The notes beneath the pieces were generated by a model. The model searched no databases, was not told where the DNA came from, and saw only the letters and a list, made by a program, of their open reading frames with translations. The position numbers and the translations under genes are program-made. From assembly GCA_017504305.1 (NCBI GenBank), contig JAFVRJ010000016.1, positions 5,237-69,236 on the forward strand: a stretch of DNA of 64,000 nt, given 5' to 3'. The stretch is from Clostridia bacterium. Its GTDB lineage: Bacteria; Bacillota; Clostridia; Christensenellales; DTU072. Below are positions 31,485 to 41,433 of the stretch, piece after piece (position 1 is the first letter of the stretch; the number at the start of each line of letters is the position of its first letter).

Positions 31485-32450
31485 TTAGTGTGATAAGCGA
31501 GAAGCCATTTCAAGCATCTCTTTGTTTATAGTCTTTTTGATTTCGAGCGCCTCACCTATAGGCATATCGATAATCTTGTTTTCTTTAATACCGATTACAC
31601 GGCTTTCGGTTGCGCCTTCATACAATAAGGTAACCGCCCTATCTGCGCAACGCGCTGCGAGTACTCTATCTTGCATAGACGGAGTGCCACCGCGTTGAAT
31701 ATAACCAAGTTTAACCGTTCTAACGGTTATACCCGTTTTTTCTACGATGTCCTTTTTGACGTCAAGACAGCTTCCTACGCCCTCAGCAAGCACGATAATA
31801 TCGCTGATTTTGCCCTTGATGATATTCTTCTTCATGCGATTACATATTTCATCAATATCAAAGGGAAGCTCGGGTACGAGGATGCTTTCGGCACCGCCTG
31901 CGATACCGGAGTATAATGCGATATCACCACAATGCCTGCCCATAACCTCGATTACGCATGCGCGATCGTGAGAAGTCATGGTATCTCTGATTTTGTTCAT
32001 AGCGTCGAGTACGGTGTTTACCGCGGTGTCAAAGCCCAAGGTAAAATCAGTATATCCAAGATCGTTGTCGATAGTACCGGGAATACCCATACATACGATG
32101 CCGTACTTTTCAGATAAATCACGCATACCACGGAAGGATCCGTCGCCACCAATTACTACCAAGCCGTCGATGCCATAAGCGTTTAGTACGTCAGCGCCCT
32201 TTTTAAGGCCCTCTTCGGTATTAAATTCCGGACATCTCGCCGTCTTAAGGATGGTACCGCCCTTTTGGATGGTATCGGATACCGAACGGCTATCCATACG
32301 ATTTAATTTGCCGTTGATCAAGCCGGTGTATCCACGTTCGACACCGTATACTTCCATACCTCTCGAACACGCACAACGAACTACGCCTCTAATCGCCGCA
32401 TTCATACCGGGAGCATCGCCACCACTTGTTAAAACTGCTATTTTCTTCAT
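31485..32450 (-). CDS. pfkA: ATP-dependent 6-phosphofructokinase
   Basis: LTSGGDAPGMNA, GGDGS, PGTIDND, EVMGR, LGYIQRGG. Confidence 0.95.
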   Translation of the reverse strand: MKKIAVLTSGGDAPGMNAAIRGVVRCACSRGMEVYGVERGYTGLINGKLNRMDSRSVSDTIQKGGTILKTARCPEFNTEEGLKKGADVLNAYGIDGLVVIGGDGSFRGMRDLSEKYGIVCMGIPGTIDNDLGYTDFTLGFDTAVNTVLDAMNKIRDTMTSHDRACVIEVMGRHCGDIALYSGIAGGAESILVPELPFDIDEICNRMKKNIIKGKISDIIVLAEGVGSCLDVKKDIVEKTGITVRTVKLGYIQRGGTPSMQDRVLAARCADRAVTLLYEGATESRVIGIKENKIIDMPIGEALEIKKTINKEMLEMASRLSH

Positions 32451-32458
32451 GTTTTCTC

Positions 32459-33703
32459 CTATTTCCTCAATTGACCGTAGCCCTTTACAACGTATTTAAC
32501 GCTGGTTAACTCCTTCAAGCCGATAGGACCGCGTACGTGTAACTTTTGAGTACTAATGCCCATTTCCGCGCCCAATCCAAGCTCGAATCCATCGGTAAAG
32601 CGGGTGGAAGTATTTACGTATACGGCAGATGAATCTACCTCTTTGCTAAACTTTTCAGCCTCCGATGCGTCTTCGGTCAAAATCGCGTCGCTATGATTAG
32701 TGCCGTACTTGTTGATATGTGCTATCGCCTCGTCAATTCCTTTAACGGAAGTAATTTTGATTTCCATATCATCGTACTCGTGAGCAAACTCATCTTCCCC
32801 TACCAAATTGCAATCGCCATAAACTGCTGCGATCTCTTTGGTACCGTTGATTTTAACGCCGGCATTTGCTAAAGCAGAGCAAATAACGGGGGTAAAACTC
32901 TCAACCAATTTTTCGTCGATAAGGATGGTTTCGAGCGCGTTACAAGTAGAGGGACGAGAGGTCTTTGCGTTTAAGATTATCGGTACCGCAATTGCGAGGT
33001 TTGCGCTCGGTGCTACGTAAGTATGACAGTTACCGCCTGCAGAAGCTATAACCGGCATAGTTGCGTTTGCAAGTACCACCTTTTTAAGGCCCTCTCCGCC
33101 ACGCGGAATTACTACGTCGATATACTTGTTTTCGCGGAGCATTTCGGCGGTAGCTTCTCTATCTTGGCTTTCAATTAAACCAACTAAATCGGGAGAAACA
33201 CCGTTCTCTGCCAAAGCCCTCTTGATGCAAGCAACGAGCATGCCTACACTGTTAACACTCTCACGGCTACCGCGTAAAACTACGCCGTTTCCGCTCTTGA
33301 TACAAAGGGCTGCCGCATCAATAGAAACGTTAGGACGTGCTTCAAAAATAATACCGATAACACCTAAAGGTGCGCGTACGCGCTTTACTTCAAGTGCATT
33401 AGGCAATACGTACTCTTCACAAATTTCTCCAACAGGATCGGGTAAAGCTACTATCGCATCCAATCCGTCCGCCATTTGCTTAATGCGTGCAGGAGTTAAA
33501 GCGAGCCTATCGATAAACGCCGCGTTTCTGCCGTTTTCCTTGGCACGCTCGATATCCTTGAGGTTTGCTTGTAAAATCGCCTCTTGTTCAATAAAAAGAA
33601 GCTCTTTTGCGCGATTAAGCACCGCGTTCTTAACCTCGGTGCCTACGCCTGCAAATTTATTTGCAGCAAGCTTTGTTAGCTCGCAAATTGCTTTAACTTC
33701 CAT
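32459..33703 (-). CDS. proA: Gamma-glutamyl phosphate reductase
   Basis: PLGVIGIIFEARPNV, CNALET, NTSTRFTDG, ISTQKLHVRGP. Confidence 0.95.
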   Translation of the reverse strand: MEVKAICELTKLAANKFAGVGTEVKNAVLNRAKELLFIEQEAILQANLKDIERAKENGRNAAFIDRLALTPARIKQMADGLDAIVALPDPVGEICEEYVLPNALEVKRVRAPLGVIGIIFEARPNVSIDAAALCIKSGNGVVLRGSRESVNSVGMLVACIKRALAENGVSPDLVGLIESQDREATAEMLRENKYIDVVIPRGGEGLKKVVLANATMPVIASAGGNCHTYVAPSANLAIAVPIILNAKTSRPSTCNALETILIDEKLVESFTPVICSALANAGVKINGTKEIAAVYGDCNLVGEDEFAHEYDDMEIKITSVKGIDEAIAHINKYGTNHSDAILTEDASEAEKFSKEVDSSAVYVNTSTRFTDGFELGLGAEMGISTQKLHVRGPIGLKELTSVKYVVKGYGQLRK

Positions 33704-33704
33704 A

Positions 33705-34439
33705 TTAATCCTCGTCTACGGGTTCGGGTAATATTGCGTTGTGATAAACGTTTTGTACGTCATCAAGATCTTCGAGCATACCGATGAGCTTTTCAACGCT
33801 GTTAAGGTGACCTTCAGGATCAACTTCGTTATCAGGTATCATATCAACCTCTGCGCTCAATACGTTAACGCCGTTTGCCTTTAATGCATCGGATACTGCG
33901 TAAAGATCGGTATGGGGAGTGTATACTTCGTATACTTCTTCATCAACGGTGATATCTTCTGCACCTGCATCGAGTGCAAGCATCATGAGTTCGTCTTCTT
34001 CAAGAGCTTTATCGGTAATGATAACGCCTTTCTTCTTGAACATGAAAGATACGCAACCGGTTTGGCCAAGAGCGCCACCGTATTTATCGAAAAGGTGTCT
34101 TACGTCACCGGCCGTACGGTTCTTGTTGTCGGTAAGGGTTTCAACGATAACCGCTACACCGCCTGCACCGTAACCTTCGTAGGTCATCTCTTCGTAGTTA
34201 ACGGAACCGAGTTCACCGCTTGCCTTTTTAATGGAACGGTTGATGGTATCGTTAGGCATGTTGTTTTGCTTTGCCTTTGCGATAACGTCACGAAGCTTGC
34301 TGTTAAGCGAAGGATCGGGTCCGCCTGCCTTAACGGCAACTGCTATTTCTCTACCGATTTTGGTAAATATGCTACCTCTTGCTGCATCGGTCTTACCTTT
34401 TTTGATTTTAATATTTGCCCATTTGGAATGTCCGGACAT
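33705..34439 (-). CDS. yebC: YebC/PmpR family protein
   Basis: [32 protein letters not shown]. Confidence 0.95.
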   Translation of the reverse strand: MSGHSKWANIKIKKGKTDAARGSIFTKIGREIAVAVKAGGPDPSLNSKLRDVIAKAKQNNMPNDTINRSIKKASGELGSVNYEEMTYEGYGAGGVAVIVETLTDNKNRTAGDVRHLFDKYGGALGQTGCVSFMFKKKGVIITDKALEEDELMMLALDAGAEDITVDEEVYEVYTPHTDLYAVSDALKANGVNVLSAEVDMIPDNEVDPEGHLNSVEKLIGMLEDLDDVQNVYHNAILPEPVDED

Positions 34440-34460
34440 ATTAGCCTCCTGAAAGTGAAT

Positions 34461-35213
34461 CTATTTTTTGTTAAGTTTATCGGCAACCGTAGCTAAAACT
34501 ATCGACGCGCTTACGCCCGCGTTAAGACTTTCGATATTGCCGTACATGGGTATTGCAAGTACGACGTCCGCTCTATCCCTCAACTCGGGACTGACACCGT
34601 GCGCTTCGTTGCCGACTACAAGCGCAAGCGGTAATGCGGGCTGATAATCAAATACGTTTTGACCACCCATATCGAGTATAGCCACTTTATAATTATTAAG
34701 CGCGTCGCACGCGCCCGCGTAAGAAAAAGGAACTATATTTGCGCTAAAGATACCGCCCATCGTCGAACGTACCACTTTAGGTGAATATGCATCCACCGAG
34801 TCGATTGCGATATAATCGGTAACGCCCATAGCTACGCCACTACGTATAATCGTACCCATATTGCCTGCATCCAAAATGCGGTCGAGCACCATAACTACGT
34901 CGCCCGTGATGGGCTTTTTGGCGGGTAGCTCCGCGATAGCAAGTATACCTGCCGACGACACCGTATCGGATATTTTATCAAAGATAAAGTCGCTAACAAT
35001 AGTAGGCTCTATCCCCAACTTATCTGCAATAGGCATCAGCACGTCCAAGCGGGATTCTTTAATATATAGTTCTTTTGCGTACCCCTTTGGCATATCGCCA
35101 ACGAGGTTAACTCCCTCAACGACGAAAAGCGAGTGTTTAAACCTCGCCTTTTTGTCGCTCAAGCTACGAATTAGCTTGATTTTATCATTGTTAGAGGAAG
35201 CTATTATCTTCAT
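34461..35213 (-). CDS. TrmH/SpoU family RNA 2'-O-methyltransferase
   Basis: FVVEG, GNMGTIIRS, GNEAHG, IPM..ESLNAGVS. Confidence 0.9.
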   Translation of the reverse strand: MKIIASSNNDKIKLIRSLSDKKARFKHSLFVVEGVNLVGDMPKGYAKELYIKESRLDVLMPIADKLGIEPTIVSDFIFDKISDTVSSAGILAIAELPAKKPITGDVVMVLDRILDAGNMGTIIRSGVAMGVTDYIAIDSVDAYSPKVVRSTMGGIFSANIVPFSYAGACDALNNYKVAILDMGGQNVFDYQPALPLALVVGNEAHGVSPELRDRADVVLAIPMYGNIESLNAGVSASIVLATVADKLNKK

Positions 35214-35224
35214 TTTATTATTAA

Positions 35225-35250
35225 AGAGCCTTCAAAAATTTGAAGGCTCT
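35225..35250 (-). terminator. Hairpin (probable terminator) after rplT
   Basis: AGAGCCTTCAAA-aa-TTTGAAGGCTCT inverted repeat. Confidence 0.65.
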
Positions 35251-35256
35251 AAATAA

Positions 35257-35613
35257 CTATGCGTTGATAGCAGCTTTTGCTTGCTCGCAAAGAGCGGTAA
35301 ATGCTTGTGCATCGTTGATAGCGATATCAGCTAAAACCTTACGGTTGAGGTCGATACCTGCTACCTTAAGACCGTGCATAAGGCGGGAGTAAGAAAGATC
35401 GTTCATACGTGCTGCAGCGTTGATACGTGCAATCCAGAGTCTTCTGAAATCTCTCTTCTTAAGTCTTCTGCCAACGTATGCATATTGGCCGGACTTCATA
35501 ACAGCTTCACGTGCTACGCGATAAAGCTTACTTTTTGCACCAAAGTAACCTTTGGCTTGCTTCATTATTTTTCTCTTTTTCTTTTGTGCAGTAACAGCTC
35601 TCTTAATTCTCAT
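35257..35613 (-). CDS. rplT: 50S ribosomal protein L20
   Basis: [33 protein letters not shown]. Confidence 0.98.
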   Translation of the reverse strand: MRIKRAVTAQKKKRKIMKQAKGYFGAKSKLYRVAREAVMKSGQYAYVGRRLKKRDFRRLWIARINAAARMNDLSYSRLMHGLKVAGIDLNRKVLADIAINDAQAFTALCEQAKAAINA

Positions 35614-35625
35614 TACCGTTCCCTC

Positions 35626-35826
35626 CTACTTTTGTCCGTAAATCATGTTGCTGATGGTCTTTGCTTGGGCTTCATTGATGTATGCGCCTTGGCGAAGATT
35701 TCTCTTTCTCTTACGGGTCTTCTTGTTAAGAATGTGGTTCTTGTTTTGCTTATTTCTCTTAAGCAAACCGTTAGCGGTAAATCTGAAGCGCTTTTTGGAT
35801 GCGCTATGGGTTTTTTGTTTAGGCAT
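35626..35826 (-). CDS. rpmI: 50S ribosomal protein L35
   Basis: MPKQKTHSASKKRFRFT...HIL.KK. Confidence 0.97.
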   Translation of the reverse strand: MPKQKTHSASKKRFRFTANGLLKRNKQNKNHILNKKTRKRKRNLRQGAYINEAQAKTISNMIYGQK

Positions 35827-35850
35827 ATCTAATCTCCTTGTGTGGATATA

Positions 35851-36369
35851 TTATTTTTTTGCGGGTATGGGCGCGAGCATCATGGTTACGTTACGACCTT
35901 CTAAAATGGGTTCCTTTTCCTTAACTGCTACGTCCGATACGATTTCGAAGAACTTATTCATCATCTCCATCGAAAGCTCGGGGTGAGCGTTTTGGCGGCC
36001 TCTCATCCTAATGGTTACCTTAACCTTGCATCCTTCTGCTATAAAACCACGGGTGTTTTTAGCTTTGGTCTTAATGTCGCCTATATCTATCGTTTGACTT
36101 AATTGTACTTCTTTAAGTTTTAAAACGGTAGCTTTCTTCTTATCTTGCTTATCCTTTTTGATTTGGTCAAAACGGTACTTGCCATAATCAAGGATTTTGC
36201 AAACCGGGGGATTAGCTTGGGGCGAAAAGAGTACTAAATCGAGGTTACGCTCGTCCGCCATCTTTTGCGCTTGTGCGATGGGCAATACGCCAACCATCGA
36301 GCCATCCATATCAATCAACCTTACTTCCGGCACTTTAATTGCCGAGTTAGTCAATAATTCTTTAAAAAT
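35851..36369 (-). CDS. infC: Translation initiation factor IF-3, ATT start codon
   Basis: EVRLI, LDLV, PPVCKILDYGKY, KVKVTIRMRGR; in-frame ATT at 36369, 8 nt after GGAGG (an AUU start is established for infC). Confidence 0.95.
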   Translation of the reverse strand: MFKELLTNSAIKVPEVRLIDMDGSMVGVLPIAQAQKMADERNLDLVLFSPQANPPVCKILDYGKYRFDQIKKDKQDKKKATVLKLKEVQLSQTIDIGDIKTKAKNTRGFIAEGCKVKVTIRMRGRQNAHPELSMEMMNKFFEIVSDVAVKEKEPILEGRNVTMMLAPIPAKK

Positions 36370-36426
36370 AAGTGTGTCCTCCTATCTTATATATGTATGC
36401 ACGTACGTGCAAACCTTATATACTCC

Positions 36427-36556
36427 AAAAAAGAAGTGCTCCTAAGGAAGCACGTCTCACCACAAGCTATAATATGCTACTAATGTAGCAAAATATAGTT
36501 ATTATCTTGTATTAACCGTTTAACTATGCGCTTACGGTGAGAATCACTTCTTCTTT
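36427..36556 (-). ncRNA. L20 leader (ribosomal protein autoregulatory RNA) with attenuator
   Basis: Minus strand AGAAGTG.TTCTCACC...GGTGAGA pairing, then GTGCTTCC-TTA-GGAGCAC plus a T-rich tract, upstream of infC-rpmI-rplT. Confidence 0.75.
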
Positions 36557-36566
36557 AACCTTGTCT

Positions 36567-36595
36567 ATAATATACTATATCGATTTTTATGTCAA
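36567..36595 (-). promoter_or_regulatory. sigma-A promoter of the infC operon
   Basis: TTGACA-17 nt-TATTAT. Confidence 0.75.
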
Positions 36596-36598
36596 TTA

Positions 36599-36630
36599 TT
36601 TTGGCGCAAAAATTAAATTTCGCGCCAAAA
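36599..36630 (-). terminator. Probable terminator hairpin after thrS
   Basis: TTTTGGCGC...GCGCCAAAA inverted repeat. Confidence 0.6.
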
Positions 36631-36643
36631 TATATTGTCTATT

Positions 36644-38578
36644 CTACCAAATAACCTTTTCGGCATCCTCTGCAAGCACCTTTGCAAGGAAATCACCATA
36701 GCTCATCGTGCCAAGATCACCATCTTTACGGCTACGTACTGCTACTACGCCGGCTTCCTTTTCTTTATCGCCGATAATGAGCATGTACGGGATTTTGTCG
36801 AGTTGTGCGGCACGAATCTTGTAACCGATCTTTTCAGAACGAACGTCAGACTCTGCTCTTATACCTGCTTTACGGAGCTTATCTGCAATAGCTATAGCAT
36901 CGGCTTCGGTACGATCGGTAAGGCTCATAACTCTTACTTGCTCGGGAGATAACCATAGCGGGAAAGCTCCTTTATAACGCTCGATGAGAAGCGCCATAGT
37001 ACGCTCGTAACAACCGATGGAAGTACGATGAATAATATAAGGATTGACCTTATCGCCGTTTTCATCCACGTAGGTCATATCGAAACGCTCTGCAAGGAAC
37101 ATATCAACTTGTATGGTAATAAGGGTATCTTCCTTACCGTAAACGTTGCGGATTTGGATATCGAGCTTTGGTCCGTAGAAAGCAGCTTCATCGATACCAA
37201 CGCTGTATTTAATGCCGATATTGTCCAAAATCTTTTGCATTTCAGCTTCAGCATGCTCCCACTTTGCAGGATCGTTGATGTACTTGGCGGTATTGTTGGG
37301 ATCCCACTTTGAGAAGCGGTAAGTTACTTGTCCATCCAAACCGAGAGTCTTGAGCATATAAATAGCTAAATCCAAGCAACCTCTGAATTCTTCCTCAAGT
37401 TGAGAAGGCGTGCATACAAGGTGGCCTTCGGAAATGGTGAACTGTCTTACACGGATAAGACCATGCATCTCACCGCTTGCCTCGTTACGGAATAGCGTAG
37501 AGGTTTCGCCGTAACGTATGGGCAAATCACGATAAGACTTAAGACCGTTTTTATAAATCATGTATTGGAAGGGGCAGGTCATGGGACGGAGTGCAAAGAC
37601 CTCTTTATCCTTCGCCTCGTCACCTAAAATGAACATACCGTCTTGGTAGTGATCCCAGTGGCCACTGATCTTATAAAGATCAGATTTTGCCATATAGGGA
37701 GTCTTGGTGCGGACGTAACCACGACGTTCTTCTTCATCTTCAACAAATCTATTGAGGATTTGGAACATCTTTGCGCCCTTGGGCATAAGAAGGGGTAATC
37801 CTTGGCCGATGCTTTCTTCGGTCATGAAGATGCCAAGCTCTCTACCAAGTTTATTGTGGTCGCGTGACTTTGCTTCTTCAACTGCTGCAAGATACTCTGC
37901 AAGAGCGGTTTTGTTGTTGAACGCGGTTCCGTATATACGGGTAAGAACTTTATTGTGCTCGTCTCCGCGCCAGTACGCACCGGCGATAGAGGTGAGTTTA
38001 TATGCCTTAATGTAGCCGGTTGCGGGAAGGTGAGGACCTGCACAAAGGTCTACAAATTCACCTTGACGATACATGGTAATAGCTGCATCATCGGGTAAAT
38101 CGTTAATAAGCTCTACCTTGTAGGTCTCGCCTTGGTTTTGGAAGTATTCCAAAGCGTATGCGTGAGTAACTTCCTCTTTGATTATGGGAAGGTTTTCTTT
38201 AATAATCTTCTTCATTTCCGCCTCGATAGCGGGTACTGCGTCCATGTTGATGGGTGTGATAAAATCGAAGTCGTAGTAGAATCCGTTTTCGATTGCCGGT
38301 CCGATTGCTACTCTAACGGTAGGATAAATTCTCTTAACGGCTTGAGCAAGAACGTGCGAGCAACTATGACGATATGCGCGCTTGCCTTCCTCTGTATCGA
38401 AAGTCAAAAACTCAACGGTAGCATCTTCATTGATGGGCTCGTACATGCCAACGACTTTATCGTTGACTCTTGCTACCAACGAGGCACGGAAAAGTCCGTC
38501 CGAAATGGAACGGGCTATATCTGCAGGCGTGGAACCTACAGGGAATTCTTTTTTATCATCTCTAAGCGTGATAATCAT
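36644..38578 (-). CDS. thrS: Threonine--tRNA ligase
   Basis: TGS domain, HSCSH, DLCAGPH, GAYWRGD, RPMTCP, AAFYGPKLD. Confidence 0.98.
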   Translation of the reverse strand: MIITLRDDKKEFPVGSTPADIARSISDGLFRASLVARVNDKVVGMYEPINEDATVEFLTFDTEEGKRAYRHSCSHVLAQAVKRIYPTVRVAIGPAIENGFYYDFDFITPINMDAVPAIEAEMKKIIKENLPIIKEEVTHAYALEYFQNQGETYKVELINDLPDDAAITMYRQGEFVDLCAGPHLPATGYIKAYKLTSIAGAYWRGDEHNKVLTRIYGTAFNNKTALAEYLAAVEEAKSRDHNKLGRELGIFMTEESIGQGLPLLMPKGAKMFQILNRFVEDEEERRGYVRTKTPYMAKSDLYKISGHWDHYQDGMFILGDEAKDKEVFALRPMTCPFQYMIYKNGLKSYRDLPIRYGETSTLFRNEASGEMHGLIRVRQFTISEGHLVCTPSQLEEEFRGCLDLAIYMLKTLGLDGQVTYRFSKWDPNNTAKYINDPAKWEHAEAEMQKILDNIGIKYSVGIDEAAFYGPKLDIQIRNVYGKEDTLITIQVDMFLAERFDMTYVDENGDKVNPYIIHRTSIGCYERTMALLIERYKGAFPLWLSPEQVRVMSLTDRTEADAIAIADKLRKAGIRAESDVRSEKIGYKIRAAQLDKIPYMLIIGDKEKEAGVVAVRSRKDGDLGTMSYGDFLAKVLAEDAEKVIW

Positions 38579-38625
38579 ATATGTAAATCCATCCTTTAAC
38601 CGCTATGCGGTTAGTTAATAGTATT

Positions 38626-40401
38626 TTATGCGTTGATTGCGGCTTCAATTGCTTGCGATAATGCATTGAATTCGGTTGCGATATCGTCTTTAGCTTTGCC
38701 GACGTTATTGTTATAGCTTACTGCATCTTGGTTTATAAGGGAATCGTTATAAACCTTTGCGTTAGTGTTGACGTAGAAAATGGTGGGTTCTGCGTCGGTA
38801 GACTTGACGTCGTATAGGTGTACGACACGATACTTTTGTTCACCGTCCTTCTTATCGCCCGATTTCTCGTACGTCATACGTGCGGTGCTATAGGAAGAAT
38901 CTTGCAACCAAGCATCAAAGGTTTCGCCTTCGTCTTCCTTGATAGTGATGATTTCGACTGCGTTAGCAAGTTCGCCGGCAATACCTTGGAACGCGGTAAA
39001 CTTGGTTGCCAAATTTCCCAAAACGGACTCGCCGTACACTCTACCGACTATACCGCCGTTATTGACGTAATACGGGTTTTCCTTGGCGTTATGCGAATAG
39101 GTAATATGGGTATCGTTTAATATTAACGCTCTATCATAATAAAGCTCGCCGTCGGCAACCGCGTTGTTGATAGAAGAAAAATGTAACATACCTACCAAAC
39201 CGCCGGTGTAGTTGAATACATTGACGGGAAGAACTATCTTACCAACCGAGCTTACAACGTTATCAAGAGAGGTGAAGTTAGCGCAGTATCCTGCAAAACC
39301 GCCAACGTTATAAGAAGTGGTTTGGGTGGTGCTTAAACGCTTTGCGTTTATTTCCCCTATCATAGATTTACTCTTTGCAAGAGCAACTCTATCTAATGAA
39401 CCTGCTACGCCACCAACGTTCAATCTCTTATAAGACTTGGTGTTGATAACGCCTGCGGTGCTTACCCATTTGCTTGCGTTTTTGACTCTGTAAGCAGAAC
39501 CAACTATTCCACCGGCGTTAACGAGTTCGCCGGATGCGTTAAGGTTACCATTATAGGTGAGGTTTTGTGCTTCGATATACTCAGCGTTAGATTTTTCAGA
39601 AGATAAATTGATGGTACGCAAAGTACCCACTACACCACCCATCGTCAAGTTGCTAACGGCAGAAAGGGTTATGGCTCTTTTTTCTTCATCGTCGCTATCT
39701 TTGTAAGTTTTGACAGATTCATCGGAATTTACGGTGATATTTACTGCAGAGTTAATTCCGTTATACTTGGCGTTGCCTATAGAGTAACCTACGAGTCCAC
39801 CAATGCTAACCGCCATGTCGTAACGCTCGGGTTCTACGCTACGCGAACCGTCGGTATTGGTTTTAACTCTACAAATATTACCCATGGTTGCGGTAACGTT
39901 ACCGTAAACGTTGATGTTTTTAATATCGTTATCGCCGTACGCATAACCAGCAAGACCACCGATAAATTGGCTCTCCGCATCGGCGGGAACACTTAAGTTA
40001 ACGTGTACGTTAAGGTCGTTTATTTTTGCTCCGAATATAACACCAAATAGTCCGTAATATGCAATTTCGTTAAGCTCTTCCGAACGAGTTTCAGGCTCCG
40101 GAATATTAATAGAATAGACTATCGTATGTCCGTTACCGTTTATGGTACCGCGGAAGGAGTTATCGATACTATTACCAATGGGAGTCCAATCCCCTTCCAA
40201 GATTATATCGGATTTAATGTTGTAAACACCTTTATCGTAATCTCTGCCGAGGTTGTCGGCAAGCTTTTTAAAATCTGCAGCGTTATTTACGTCAACGGAA
40301 AACTCACCCTTATGAGTGTCTTTATCGTTGCACGCAACGAGAGCAAACGCCATCGTTAAAACCACCGCAAATATTAATATTGTTTTAAACGCTTTTTTCA
40401 T
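38626..40401 (-). CDS. Putative surface lipoprotein with GLUG-like GG[LIVF]xG repeats
   Basis: Lipobox LVAC; WTPIG...F.G..NGNGHTI; repeated GGLAG/GGLVG/GGVVG/GGIVG/GGVAG/GGFAG. Confidence 0.65.
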   Translation of the reverse strand: MKKAFKTILIFAVVLTMAFALVACNDKDTHKGEFSVDVNNAADFKKLADNLGRDYDKGVYNIKSDIILEGDWTPIGNSIDNSFRGTINGNGHTIVYSINIPEPETRSEELNEIAYYGLFGVIFGAKINDLNVHVNLSVPADAESQFIGGLAGYAYGDNDIKNINVYGNVTATMGNICRVKTNTDGSRSVEPERYDMAVSIGGLVGYSIGNAKYNGINSAVNITVNSDESVKTYKDSDDEEKRAITLSAVSNLTMGGVVGTLRTINLSSEKSNAEYIEAQNLTYNGNLNASGELVNAGGIVGSAYRVKNASKWVSTAGVINTKSYKRLNVGGVAGSLDRVALAKSKSMIGEINAKRLSTTQTTSYNVGGFAGYCANFTSLDNVVSSVGKIVLPVNVFNYTGGLVGMLHFSSINNAVADGELYYDRALILNDTHITYSHNAKENPYYVNNGGIVGRVYGESVLGNLATKFTAFQGIAGELANAVEIITIKEDEGETFDAWLQDSSYSTARMTYEKSGDKKDGEQKYRVVHLYDVKSTDAEPTIFYVNTNAKVYNDSLINQDAVSYNNNVGKAKDDIATEFNALSQAIEAAINA

Positions 40402-40421
40402 ATTTTTTCCCGTTTAAAAGT

Positions 40422-41327
40422 TTATTTGTATTGTTTGTCGATAAAGTTCAAGATATCGGCGTATACTTCTGAATTGTTGGTTTCGTTCAAGATTTCGTGA
40501 CGAGCACCTGCGTAGACCTTATATTCTACCGTTTGGATGCCCTTTTGGTTATAGAAGTTATAAAGCTTATCGGCAAGAACGGCTTTATTGGATACCGGAT
40601 CGTCGCTACCTACTGCGATCATAATGGGAAGATCTTTAGGAATATTATCGCTTGCTTCGCCGTACATAGCCATTACGCCTTTAAAGAAACTCAAATAATA
40701 ACCTATCGATAAAGCGTAACCGCAATATTCGTCGGCTTCGTATTTGGCAACTTGGGCTTTATCTCTTGAAAGCCATGCAAACTCTTGTCCTTGAGCTTCA
40801 AAGGGCTTGTTGTATGCGCCAAAGCTCATTTTGTTGATGAGTTTACCGGTCTTTTCCGGTCCGATGATCGATGCTTGAACTGCAGCGATTGCGGTACCGG
40901 CAGCGATTAGTGCGCTCTTCATATAAGCCGTGCCGGAAAGTACGCAAGCCTTAACTTCGGTGCCGTGAAGCTCCAAAAATCTTTGCGAAACGAAGCTACC
41001 ATAGCTGTGTCCGAGAAGGGTTACTTCAACGCCGTAAGTTTGCTTTGCGTAATTGATAACAGTCAAAGCATCTTCAACCGTGTTGTGGAAGGAGTCGCCG
41101 TCAACTATACCAAGTTCGCCATCCGGATTATACTTATGACCACGATGGTTGTCTGCAAGAACAACGTATCCGTTCTTGTTAAGATAGGTGGCAAAGTCGT
41201 CGTAGCGAGCTGCGTGCTCCGCCATACCGTGACTAATAACTACAGCACCGATTTTGTTTTCGACTTCGTCCCAAACACAAACCGTTAAAACTTTATTATC
41301 GATTGTTTTTAACTCGATAAGCTTCAT
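40422..41327 (-). CDS. Alpha/beta hydrolase (lysophospholipase/monoacylglycerol lipase-like)
   Basis: HGMAEH..RY, GHSYGS nucleophile elbow, DPV, RHEILNE. Confidence 0.88.
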   Translation of the reverse strand: MKLIELKTIDNKVLTVCVWDEVENKIGAVVISHGMAEHAARYDDFATYLNKNGYVVLADNHRGHKYNPDGELGIVDGDSFHNTVEDALTVINYAKQTYGVEVTLLGHSYGSFVSQRFLELHGTEVKACVLSGTAYMKSALIAAGTAIAAVQASIIGPEKTGKLINKMSFGAYNKPFEAQGQEFAWLSRDKAQVAKYEADEYCGYALSIGYYLSFFKGVMAMYGEASDNIPKDLPIMIAVGSDDPVSNKAVLADKLYNFYNQKGIQTVEYKVYAGARHEILNETNNSEVYADILNFIDKQYK

Positions 41328-41433
41328 ATTATCCACCTCCGTGCATTTAAGTACTATAAAATACTTTTGTATAGTTTAACACTATTTAGAATATAATTCA
41401 AGAGTATTTATTTAATTTTAAGGAGAAAGATTT

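Noticed and set aside
36369-36382. Non-canonical ATT start codon as a novelty
   Set aside because: Real, but the established IF-3 autoregulatory feature; recorded under features.
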